From the NCBI GenBank assembly GCA_965195225.1, contig CBDAFL010000085.1:82120-146119 (forward strand): a stretch of DNA of 64,000 nucleotides, read 5' to 3'. This document shows, one piece after another, positions 18,244 to 26,767 of this stretch. Positions within the stretch are counted from its first letter, which is position 1; each line of letters opens with the position of its first letter. This stretch comes from an uncultured Thermoguttaceae bacterium. Its GTDB lineage: Bacteria > Planctomycetota > Planctomycetia > Pirellulales > Thermoguttaceae. The notes under the pieces were generated by a model that saw nothing but the letters and a program-made list of their open reading frames with translations, did no database searches and was not told where the DNA came from. A program made the translations under genes and the position numbers.

Positions 18244-18344
18244 CTCGCGTCTTTGCCGACACTTCGTTCTACGTGGCCGCGGTTTCCCGAGACAATTGCT
18301 CAGTCAGATCGAATGAAAAGACCCGCGAGCGGGCAAATCGATAG
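18240..18344 (+). pseudogene. Truncated PIN-domain (VapC-like) toxin remnant
   Basis: MTRVFADTSFYVAAVSRD matches a PIN N-terminus with the first catalytic Asp. The frame stops after 34 codons. I saw no continuation in other frames before the next gene. Confidence 0.55.
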
Positions 18345-18522
18345 GAGTTCCTCGGAACTCCTGTGCGATCACTGGTATCATTGATGGAGGAAGGCCACTC
18401 TGTTATGTGTCGTGTGGAAGTCACAGTCTTGTTACATCGCCGCGACAAAGATGCTAGAATACGCGGAGTGTCTGTGCCCAGACATCCGTCCGCCAATGCA
18501 GCACCGATTCGGGAGCTTCCCC

Positions 18523-21500
18523 ATGAATAGCGACTATCCGAATCCGGGAAGGTTATCACTGTGGATACTGGCGGCACTCCTTCTGGCTGGCAACGTGGTT
18601 GGCGCAGGGGAGGTCGAGTCGGTGATTTTCGAGGATGGGACACGTTGGCGGGGGGAGGAGTACGTCATGGCACGGGACATGCTCGTACAGCGAGGCCCCA
18701 GTCTAACTCCCTTTCTCCAGCAGAAGACCCGCTCTAAAGACTGTCGCCAGCGGATATTCGCCGAAATCCTCATCTGCCGCATCCAGCGGCCGCAAGAGGT
18801 TGCTCGTTGGGACAAGGCATTGGCCGGGCTGGTCAATGACCGTTCCGTGCGGCAGGTCCTTGAGACATATCGCGAGCCAGAGTGGGACAAGTTGCCGAAT
18901 AAGGCTGCCGACGTGCCGGCCAGTCACGTAGTGGATGTACTCTGGGAGACCGCGGATCTGAACAGTTTGGGCCGGAAGTCCAGGCGAACGGCCGCGGCGC
19001 TTCAGTTCTACTTTGCCCCGCATCTCGACGCCGTCGAGGCCGCGGTCCAGGTCCTTGCCGTGGACGACAAGTTGAAGTACCTGGCACGCGAGGGCTTCGT
19101 CAAGCTTGGCGCGGCGGCGGTCCCCCACATGCGGCAGGTCTTGGAGCAGACCGTGCCGCCGGCAGTGAAGGACCCGCGGCGGATGACGATAGAGGAGCGT
19201 GAATCGCGACATGCGTATTGGAGACAGATGAGAAGAGCGGTGGTCGCCGTCAACGTGCTCGCACGCCAGCACGACGCCGATTCGGTGCCGCTGATCGTGA
19301 AGTGTCTGAAAGAGGGCGGGTCGAATTCTGAGTACATCAAAGCCCTTTCCGGGGCGCTTGCCGAGTTGAAAGCCGTCGCGGCCATCGACGTGATCCTGGA
19401 TCACCTGCTCCGCTCAGCGGTCGCTCGGCAGCGAACCGGCGGCAACCACAAGCCGAGATACGACCTGTTGCGGAGCCACGTCGTCAGCTTTGGCCGGGAC
19501 GCACTGCCCGCGGTGAAGAGACGTTTGCACGACGCCGAGGCGGAAAGCGATCGGATACTCCTGGAGTACCTGGTTGCCGAACTCTCGGGCGCTAAAGGCA
19601 AAAAGGAGGTCGCGGCCCTGCGTGAATCGCTCTGGTTCGACGAGACCGCCGACGGCCTGTTGAAGCTGCACCGGATGACCGGCGAAGACGTCTTTCCCAG
19701 GCTTCAAGCCCTGGTTCGTGGACAGGGCCCACGCCGCTCGCAAACCGACCAACGTAAAACCGCGATGCTCACACTGAGCGCGATGCGGGATGTCCGTGCC
19801 GTGCCGCTGCTGGCCGACGTATTGAAGGACCAGCACGACAAATGGCAACGCGCCCAGAAGGCACGCACTCCAAGTGAGAACGCCGAGAGCTTCGATCCCC
19901 AGGTCGCCCGGGAAGCGGCGGACACTTTCGGCTGGGAAGACACCTGTCCGGCCGATATCCTCGACTGGGGCGATACGGCGCTGCTGGCTCTGCGGAGAAT
20001 CGGCTCGGAAGACGCCCGAAAGGCGGTGGCGGCCGCTGTCGCCTACGACGAGTACAAGACCCGCGTCGAGACGTCCTTGCTGCTGATCGACGGCCGTGTT
20101 GACCAGCTCGCGGCACGCCTCGACGACAAGGACCGCGCCGTGCGCGAAGAGGCGTCCCTGGCGCTATTGGAAATCGGCGACCGCCGGGCAACACGCGAAC
20201 TCCTCTGTGCTGCCGCTCGCCGGCAGGGGGCGGGCCACCAGCAGTGGAAACAATGGGCGCTTTCGTCGAAGGATTTCACGGCAGAGCTCCGCGAGCTGCT
20301 CGGCAGCAAAGATGTGCGCCAACGTGTGCTGGCCGAAGCCATGCTTCTGGAGGCAAAGACCCCCGACAAAGCCGTCTGGTGCAGCCGATCTCTGCAGGCC
20401 ACGGCACAAGGCGTGGGCATGGTGCACGTCATCAGAATTGGTATGATCGAGGCGGCCGGTCGCGGCCTGGTGACCAAGACCGCAGGCGAGCGGCGAGGCG
20501 ACCCGTCGTGCACCGGTCCACCATCCCAAGCCCAATTGCTCGTCCGTCAGAGCCCTTTTGGACGGCAGGTACAGCCGCTCGACGAAAGCTATCTTCCGCT
20601 GGTCGAGGCGGCGTGCCTGTTCGATCGGGGCGTGATCCTCCGCGGGGTCGCCGCCTTTGCTCTGGCCGAGTGGAAGAAGCCGCGATCCATGGAGGTCCTG
20701 GCCGCGTCGTTCAACATGGGCTCGCTGCACGGATTCAACCCGGCGGCCCTGGCACTGGCCGACTTCGGGCCGGAGGGAGCCAAGCTAGCCGCCAAGGTGC
20801 CTTCGCCGAAGCCGGGCCAGCACGATACGGGGCTCCGCATGACCCGGCATCGCGGCGGCACGTGTGTGCTGGCCGAGCAAAAGGACATCCGCGGCGTCGA
20901 CGAAATCATCAAAGGGCTGAAGGTTCTCGAACAAGACCCAAAGCTGAACATGTGGAGCCACCGGGCGGGCATCTATCTCACGGCCGCCGGCAAGTTCCAC
21001 GATCGGAGACTGGTCGACCCGCTGCTGCGAATCCTTAATGTTTCCGAGTGGCCGCAACGCGACGTCCATGCGACCGTCATCAATCTATTGGCAGCCTACG
21101 ATGATCCTCGCCTGGTGCCTTTGTTCACTCAACGAATGACTTCCTCCGTCAAAGAGAGGACCGTTGCACTGATGGCCTTGACGCGCCGCCTGGGCGAGAA
21201 GACGCCCGACTACCTGATTGAGCAGTTCAAGGCGTCGGGCGACGACGGTTTCCGCGGAGTGGTCCTGCTGGGCTTGGGTGAACTCTCTTATCCTGGCTCG
21301 CCGCCTTATCCCGGCAAGGCCGGGTGGTCGCCAAAGGCGTTCGAGGCGCCCGATGGACGGAACGAAGCGGCGGCCAAGACGCGCGAGATGGCCTACTCGG
21401 TTCTGGTCGAAGCGTTGGACGACCCCTCGTCGCGAGTCAACGCCATGGCGGCCTCGGGGCTGACGATCCTGGCTGAGGGAAAAGGCCTGGTCCGTCCTAA

Positions 21501-22134
21501 TCTGCGCGCGGTTGAGCCGCTGACCCACTGGTGCCGAAAAAGAAAAACGTGCCCTTATCCGTTGACCGAGTATCTGGCCAAGCACGGCAGTGCCGAGACG
21601 GGACGCGTGCTCTTGGAGGTGCTTGAAACGAAGCCGCCCGAACGCGGCTACCCGCATCTTGCCGGGGCCGTCGGGATGCTGAAACCACCGGGCGCCGTGG
21701 CGGTGCTGGCCCGCAACGTCCGCGCCCACGTCGCCACCCACCAAGACCGATACGGTGCCCCGCCAGAGCTCACCATCCTGGCCGAGTTTGGCCCGCCGGG
21801 GGCCGAGGCCCTGTTGGCCATCTTCCGCGACGTGGACCAGATGCCGTGCCGGTTGAACGCGGCACACCTGTTGGCGCAGAAGGAGTGCAAGACGGCTGCC
21901 GGGCCGATCGCCGAGCTGCTGCGCCGCACGATCAAAGCGGGGCCAGCCAATGCGAAGCTGGTCGCGCTGGATCACGAGTCGCGTAAGAGGGCGTACGTGC
22001 GCACCTGTGCGTCGCTGATCGAATCGCTACGACGCCTCGCCCCGCAACAAGCGAAGCAGATCGCCGAGGGCGTCATCCGCGACGGGCCCGACTCGCTACA
22101 TGCCGCGTGCTTGAAAGTCTGGGCCGGCGAGTAG
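18523..22134 (+). CDS. Large exported HEAT/ARM-repeat protein
   Basis: Start chosen at MNSDYPNPGRLSLWILAALLLAGNVVGAGE (signal peptide). Many helical repeats of HEAT type (for example LDDKDRAVREEASLALLEIGDRRA, LDDPSSRVNAMAASGLTIL). Confidence 0.7.
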   Translation: MNSDYPNPGRLSLWILAALLLAGNVVGAGEVESVIFEDGTRWRGEEYVMARDMLVQRGPSLTPFLQQKTRSKDCRQRIFAEILICRIQRPQEVARWDKALAGLVNDRSVRQVLETYREPEWDKLPNKAADVPASHVVDVLWETADLNSLGRKSRRTAAALQFYFAPHLDAVEAAVQVLAVDDKLKYLAREGFVKLGAAAVPHMRQVLEQTVPPAVKDPRRMTIEERESRHAYWRQMRRAVVAVNVLARQHDADSVPLIVKCLKEGGSNSEYIKALSGALAELKAVAAIDVILDHLLRSAVARQRTGGNHKPRYDLLRSHVVSFGRDALPAVKRRLHDAEAESDRILLEYLVAELSGAKGKKEVAALRESLWFDETADGLLKLHRMTGEDVFPRLQALVRGQGPRRSQTDQRKTAMLTLSAMRDVRAVPLLADVLKDQHDKWQRAQKARTPSENAESFDPQVAREAADTFGWEDTCPADILDWGDTALLALRRIGSEDARKAVAAAVAYDEYKTRVETSLLLIDGRVDQLAARLDDKDRAVREEASLALLEIGDRRATRELLCAAARRQGAGHQQWKQWALSSKDFTAELRELLGSKDVRQRVLAEAMLLEAKTPDKAVWCSRSLQATAQGVGMVHVIRIGMIEAAGRGLVTKTAGERRGDPSCTGPPSQAQLLVRQSPFGRQVQPLDESYLPLVEAACLFDRGVILRGVAAFALAEWKKPRSMEVLAASFNMGSLHGFNPAALALADFGPEGAKLAAKVPSPKPGQHDTGLRMTRHRGGTCVLAEQKDIRGVDEIIKGLKVLEQDPKLNMWSHRAGIYLTAAGKFHDRRLVDPLLRILNVSEWPQRDVHATVINLLAAYDDPRLVPLFTQRMTSSVKERTVALMALTRRLGEKTPDYLIEQFKASGDDGFRGVVLLGLGELSYPGSPPYPGKAGWSPKAFEAPDGRNEAAAKTREMAYSVLVEALDDPSSRVNAMAASGLTILAEGKGLVRPNLRAVEPLTHWCRKRKTCPYPLTEYLAKHGSAETGRVLLEVLETKPPERGYPHLAGAVGMLKPPGAVAVLARNVRAHVATHQDRYGAPPELTILAEFGPPGAEALLAIFRDVDQMPCRLNAAHLLAQKECKTAAGPIAELLRRTIKAGPANAKLVALDHESRKRAYVRTCASLIESLRRLAPQQAKQIAEGVIRDGPDSLHAACLKVWAGE

Positions 22135-22314
22135 GCGGCGGCTCCGGCCGGACGTACCTGACTGGAGCGGCTCGCCAAACTCTTCCGGCTGGTGTGGTCG
22201 TCGAGCGTTGGCGGCAATTCACCGGCTGCAATCTCGAACGGAGGGTGGCTGGTAGTATCGGAGCAGCATGAAATCACGGATCAAACTAACCCACTACCCA
22301 ATTGCCACACCCAC

Positions 22315-22343
22315 TTGCCCTGACGTGTGAGATTAGGTACACT
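22315..22343 (+). promoter_or_regulatory. Candidate sigma70-type promoter for the EF-G gene
   Basis: TTGCCC, 17 nt, TACACT. It ends 51 nt upstream of the ATG at 22394. Confidence 0.35.
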
Positions 22344-22393
22344 ACAAGGCTCGGTATTTTCAGGGGACTTTCTATCGTATCGCTGTATCGGCC

Positions 22394-24487
22394 ATGGACC
22401 TGTCAAAATTACGCAACATCGGCGTTTCCGCACACATCGACTCGGGTAAAACTACCCTGAGCGAACGCATCTTGTACTATGCCGGCCGCATCCACCGCGT
22501 CCAAGAGGTCCACGACGGCGGCGGCGCCACGATGGACCACATGGAACTGGAGAAGGAACGGGGTATCACGATCACCAGCGCCGCCACGCAGGTCCAGTGG
22601 CACGACGCGACGATCAATCTGATCGATACGCCCGGCCACGTCGATTTCACCGTCGAGGTCGAGCGGAGTCTGCGGGTGCTCGACGGGGCGATTCTGGTCC
22701 TCTGCGCCGTCGGCGGAGTGCAGGCCCAATCGCTGACGATCGATCGCCAAATGCGCCGCTACCATGTGCCCCGGCTGGCGTTTATCAACAAGATGGACCG
22801 CGTCGGGGCCAACCCCGACAAAGTGGTCGAGCAATTGCGGGCGAAGCTGAACTGCGACGCCGTGCTGATGCAGTTGCCCATCGGCAGCGAGGCCGACTTC
22901 CGGGGCGTGATCGACCTGGTGACGGAACGGGCGTACTATTTCGATGGCCCCGGCGGCGAAGAGGTCCGCGTCGAGGCGATTCCGGCCGACTTGGCCGACC
23001 AAGCCCACGCCGCCCGGCAACGGCTGCTCGAAGCCCTCTCGATGTACAGCGATGAGTTGATGGAACTGTTGTTGGCGGAGCAGGAAGTGCCGCAGGAGTT
23101 GATCTGCGACGTGATTCGCTCGGCCGTCGCGCAGTTGGAGTTCACGCCGGTGTTTCTTGGCTCGGCATACCGCAACAAGGGCGTGCAGCCGCTGCTGGAC
23201 GCGGTGGTCCGCCTGATGCCCTCGCCGTTGGATCGGCAGCCGAAGGCGATGGCCTTTGGCGAAGAAGGCAGTCAGAAAGAGATGCAACTTGTCCCCGACC
23301 CGGAAAAGCCGGCCGTTGCGATGGCCTTCAAGATCGTCGAGGATACGTACGGCACGTTGACCTTCATGCGGCTCTATCAAGGCCGGTTTGTAAAGGGAGA
23401 ATCGTATTTCAACCAGCGGACCGGACGCAAGGAACGCTTTGGCCGGATCGTGCGCATGCACGCCGACCAGCGCGAGGAGGTCGAAGAGGCCCACTCGGGC
23501 GACATCGTGGCGGTCCTCGGCGTCGATTGCGCCAGCGGCGACACCTACGCCTCGCAGCCTAAGTATTGTACGCTGGAAAGCATGTTCGTGCCGGAACCGG
23601 TGATTTGCATGGCCATTGCCCCGGCCGTTCGCGACGGCGCCGACCGGCTGAGCAAGGCCCTGCACCGCTTCCGCCGCGAAGATCCGACCTTGCGGGTAAG
23701 TACCGACGAGGAGACGGGCGAGACGCTTATCGCCGGCATGGGCGAGCTGCACCTGGACGTTTACATCGAGCGGATCCGCCGCGAGTATAAGGTGGCGGTC
23801 GAGGTCGGCCCGCCCAAGGTGAACTACCGCGAGGCGCCCACTCAGCCGGCCGAGTTCAACGTCCGCCACCGCAAGCAGACCGGCGGCTCGGGCCAGTACG
23901 CCCACGTCATCGGCCGGCTCGACGTGTTGCCCGAGGACGCCCCGGAAAACTTCTTTTTCGAGGAAAACGTCCGTGGCGGGCGGATTCCGAAGCAATACAT
24001 CCCCGCCGTGGAAAAGGGCTTCCGTTCGATGCTCTCGAAAGGTCCGATCGCCAAATATCCGGTGGTTGGGCTGGCGGTCTATCTCGAAGACGGCTCCTTC
24101 CACGAAGTGGACAGCTCGGAGATGGCCTTCCAGACATGCGCCCGGACGACGATGCGCGAGACATTTCCGCGGACCAAGCCCGTGCTGCTCGAGCCGGTGA
24201 TGAAGATCGAGATCGAGTGCCCCTGTCAATTTCAGGGATCGGTGGTGGGCAACCTCACTTCGCGTCGCGGCATGGTGCTCGGCGCGGAGGTCCACGGGCC
24301 GGAAGTGCGGATCGAGGGCGAGGTCCCCCTGGCCGAGACGTTTGGCTACTCGACCGACCTGCGGAGCATGACCCAGGGTCAAGGCACGTTCACGCTCGAG
24401 TTCGCCCGCTACAAACGCCTGCCGCGGAGCATCGAGGAAGAGCTAATTGCCGAGCGCAAGAAGGCGGCGATGGCCGGGGCGCTGTAA
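22394..24487 (+). CDS. fusA: Elongation factor G
   Basis: RNIGVSAHIDSGKTTLSERILYY, DTPGHVDF and NKMDR motifs. 697 aa with full EF-G domain order. Confidence 0.95.
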   Translation: MDLSKLRNIGVSAHIDSGKTTLSERILYYAGRIHRVQEVHDGGGATMDHMELEKERGITITSAATQVQWHDATINLIDTPGHVDFTVEVERSLRVLDGAILVLCAVGGVQAQSLTIDRQMRRYHVPRLAFINKMDRVGANPDKVVEQLRAKLNCDAVLMQLPIGSEADFRGVIDLVTERAYYFDGPGGEEVRVEAIPADLADQAHAARQRLLEALSMYSDELMELLLAEQEVPQELICDVIRSAVAQLEFTPVFLGSAYRNKGVQPLLDAVVRLMPSPLDRQPKAMAFGEEGSQKEMQLVPDPEKPAVAMAFKIVEDTYGTLTFMRLYQGRFVKGESYFNQRTGRKERFGRIVRMHADQREEVEEAHSGDIVAVLGVDCASGDTYASQPKYCTLESMFVPEPVICMAIAPAVRDGADRLSKALHRFRREDPTLRVSTDEETGETLIAGMGELHLDVYIERIRREYKVAVEVGPPKVNYREAPTQPAEFNVRHRKQTGGSGQYAHVIGRLDVLPEDAPENFFFEENVRGGRIPKQYIPAVEKGFRSMLSKGPIAKYPVVGLAVYLEDGSFHEVDSSEMAFQTCARTTMRETFPRTKPVLLEPVMKIEIECPCQFQGSVVGNLTSRRGMVLGAEVHGPEVRIEGEVPLAETFGYSTDLRSMTQGQGTFTLEFARYKRLPRSIEEELIAERKKAAMAGAL

Positions 24488-24527
24488 GCCGGGTCGTGAC
24501 CCGGCGGGGTCGAACGATAAAAGACGA

Positions 24528-24767
24528 CTAAAAGAGCTGCGTCCCTTTTTCGTCTTTCCCCCCCTTTTTCCCTCCAGGAAGCTCCCTCTTCTTCAGATTT
24601 CGCATTGCAAGAGAGATATAACTCTTGGGTACGGTCGGGGCTTGGCGCAAAATGAAATCACTTACCTCTCTTATAGTCGCATTTGGTCCCAACTCGTTTA
24701 ATGCTCGTCGCACCCAATCAGTAACACCTGTCATTCTTGCTCCTCTTGGAAACGCCTTTCTTGGCAT
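24528..24767 (-). CDS. Small hypothetical protein (79 aa) in low-GC islet
   Basis: ORF only. Basic C-terminus. Weak positional resemblance to the 102-aa protein at 10166-10474. It overlaps the upstream ORF by 50 nt, so the real start may be the internal Met (MTGVTDW). Confidence 0.4.
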   Translation of the reverse strand: MPRKAFPRGARMTGVTDWVRRALNELGPNATIREVSDFILRQAPTVPKSYISLAMRNLKKRELPGGKKGGKDEKGTQLF

Positions 24768-25065
24768 TGCTTATCTCTACCGAGCGAGCGGTAGTGACCG
24801 TGAGATTGTACGTCCCATCCGACTGCCGTTTGTAGACCCGCCAAGCTGTAATGTCAATTTCGTCCCATTCCTGCGCCGCAGCCAGCAAGACACGGGCGAG
24901 ATGGATGGCCTGCTCGCGCGACAACTTAATACCCACAGTCTTAAGGTCTGCGATGGTCTTCGTACTGTTTCGATTATCCTCAACCGGATAGATACGAAGA
25001 CAACGTACATTGGGGTCGATTTTGATGCTCGACGTTGCCTGTCGCTTCTTCGATGAAGTCGCCAT
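24718..25065 (-). CDS. Hypothetical protein (115 aa) in low-GC islet
   Basis: ORF with no recognisable motifs. Lower GC than the flanks (28/60 on line 24661). Confidence 0.45.
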   Translation of the reverse strand: MATSSKKRQATSSIKIDPNVRCLRIYPVEDNRNSTKTIADLKTVGIKLSREQAIHLARVLLAAAQEWDEIDITAWRVYKRQSDGTYNLTVTTARSVEISNAKKGVSKRSKNDRCY

Positions 25066-25260
25066 CGTTTTCCTTTCCTACGGCCAAGCCGCATAACATT
25101 GTCTAGCTTGATCCGCATAACATGTCGAGTGCCTGTTTCCAAGCCGCATAAGCCGCAATAGAAACGGCGACCAATTGCGCCTTAACTGCACAGGTGCATA
25201 TGATATTGCGAGCCGACCAGTAATCATAGTACCCCCCCAATTCGCCGAAGTATTATTTGG

Positions 25261-25333
25261 GGAATCGGGGGACACATTGAATGAACCGGGGGACAGAATC
25301 GGGGGACCGAATCGGGGAATCGGGGGACACATT
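25261..25333. promoter_or_regulatory. Cluster of five direct (A/C)(A/C)(T/C)CGGGGGAC repeats (operator- or arm-site-like)
   Basis: AATCGGGGGACA at 25263, AACCGGGGGACA at 25284, AATCGGGGGACC at 25297, a degenerate copy at 25310 and AATCGGGGGACA at 25318. The first and last share the 18-mer GGAATCGGGGGACACATT. The cluster lies about 200-270 nt upstream of the minus-strand gene starting at 25065. Confidence 0.5.
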
Positions 25334-25538
25334 ACCAGTTTTGGTGTTCTAGGCAAGGACGAGCAACATTTGTGATTCTTGCTGACCGATCTGGAGTCGA
25401 ACGAGACGACCTGGACGTTCGACCCCCGCCGGGTGCCATGCTGACTTGTCCAGCAGTGCCCCTTTCTACACGACGGAAACGCTTGATCTTGACTTGTTAA
25501 TCCGTTGCTCTCCTTGTTCGTTTCTGGCGGTTTTATTC

Positions 25539-25742
25539 CTAAGTTCTTTGCGTAGCTGGACTTAGGAGCACTCCGCAGTCCTGCGCAAGCACTTTTACAG
25601 CCTGCGCGAGCACTATTACGGGCTGCGCGAGCACTATTACGGCCTGCGCGAGTACTGTTACGGGCTGCGCGAGCACTTTTACAAGCCGCGCAAGCGCCTT
25701 TGCGGACTGCAAAAGCGCTCGCGCAGTTGCGAAATCCATCAT
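25539..25742 (-). CDS. Possible 67-aa heptad-repeat peptide, coincident with the 21-bp tandem repeats
   Basis: Its ATG lies 2 nt after the stop of the upstream exonuclease gene (TAG-AG-ATG). It translates to (V)LAQ(P/A)V(T/I/K)V x5. Coding status is uncertain because the same DNA could be non-coding iterons. Confidence 0.3.
   Translation of the reverse strand: MMDFATARALLQSAKALARLVKVLAQPVTVLAQAVIVLAQPVIVLAQAVKVLAQDCGVLLSPATQRT
25580..25726. repeat. 21-bp tandem direct repeats, about 6-7 copies
   Basis: CCTGCGCAAGCACTTTTACAG, CCTGCGCGAGCACTATTACGG, GCTGCGCGAGCACTATTACGG, CCTGCGCGAGTACTGTTACGG and GCTGCGCGAGCACTTTTACAA, then two degenerate units. There are no spacers. Confidence 0.85.
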
Positions 25743-25744
25743 CT

Positions 25745-26455
25745 CTACGCCTTCAACCAGCCTGTGAACGCGCGCCGAGGAATCGCGCTATCCATCCAAG
25801 ATGTATCTGGCTTTGGCAAACGCATGGCGTCACTGACGGTCAACCAACCTTGCGGCAAGTCCATCGATCTTGTGGCGCCCTTCTGGGTTATCCATTTGAA
25901 TCGCCGCCGCCGCTCACAGATACGGGCAACGTCGAGCGCGATCCGCACGTCCTGAGCCACGTAATCGAGAACATCCTGGAAGCGCCCTTGCGCCCAAAGC
26001 CGAGGAGCCAACATTCCAGACATTCCGGGCGGCTTGCCCGGTATGCCAAGGGCCTGAGCCGCCTTGTCGATCGCCACGGGAAAGCCGCGATCGCAGAACA
26101 CGTGAAACATCATGTCCACGTGGTTCATCGCCAGTTCCTTGCACTCATCGCGGCAGCCGGACTCTTCCCCGAGGACGTCGAAATCGAATCCCAATCCATT
26201 CCAAGTTAGCAGGGTATAGCCGTCCGCAACCCAATTCGTCAATTCAAGGACCACGCCTTTTGCTTCGGCCTGCGACATTCGTCCTGCCGGACTTCCGTCG
26301 GCGTTCTTGCCGTGCCAGATTACAGGCTCTTGAGAATCACATTGCAATGCAGCGGCACAAGAGATGCCCAGCGGGCGGTAGGCCCTCCAATTGAAATCGC
26401 TGCCGGGAACGTCCTTTGCTGTTTCAATGTCGAAGGCTGCATATCTTCGAGTCAT
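25745..26455 (-). CDS. 3'-5' exonuclease, RNase H-like fold (PolB-exonuclease-related)
   Basis: AAFDIETAKD (Exo I), LLTWNGLGFDFDVL (Exo II), HVDMM...IDKAAQALGIPGKPPGMSG...VLDYVAQDVRIALDV (Exo III region). The order and spacing resemble the 'predicted exonuclease related to PolB exo domain' family. Confidence 0.7.
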   Translation of the reverse strand: MTRRYAAFDIETAKDVPGSDFNWRAYRPLGISCAAALQCDSQEPVIWHGKNADGSPAGRMSQAEAKGVVLELTNWVADGYTLLTWNGLGFDFDVLGEESGCRDECKELAMNHVDMMFHVFCDRGFPVAIDKAAQALGIPGKPPGMSGMLAPRLWAQGRFQDVLDYVAQDVRIALDVARICERRRRFKWITQKGATRSMDLPQGWLTVSDAMRLPKPDTSWMDSAIPRRAFTGWLKA

Positions 26456-26767
26456 GGCGACCTGCCCTATTCGTGATAGTTTTGGCGATCTCGTATTTGC
26501 CTTGATCCGTTCGCAGTATAGGATGCGCTCACGCCAGCGACAAGTATCTTACCCCCGCCGTGAATACACGACGGGCAGCGGTGGTTGGACGCACCAGACC
26601 GTGCCCCGGGTGTATTCACCCGGGGCTAAATAGCTGTTTTTGTGGGCCAATTCCCGTGGCGCCCTTGTGAATAATCCGGCATAAAGTTCTCTCTTGCCCG
26701 AAGCGCCTGGTTTTGCTACGCTCCCGCCCCGTTTTGGTACCCCTTTTCGCCTGCGACAAGGAGGTCG

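Noticed and set aside
22409-24382. 657-aa ORF antisense to the EF-G gene
   Set aside because: It lies fully within, and opposite to, an unambiguous fusA CDS. Long stop-free antisense frames are expected in high-GC coding DNA. The translation is Arg/Ala/Gly/His-rich and shows no motifs.
25412-25440. GTTCGACCCCCGCCGGGTGCCA resembling the T-loop/acceptor 3' end of a tRNA (possible att site for the islet)
   Set aside because: No complementary 5' T-stem or acceptor strand precedes it, so it cannot fold as a tRNA. The GGGTGCCA part belongs to a degenerate copy of the GGGTGCCACTGCTGG palindromic element. I found no intact tRNA in the window.
25580-25726. Possible CRISPR array
   Set aside because: The 21-bp units are directly abutting with no spacers, and no cas genes are nearby. 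It is a simple tandem repeat.
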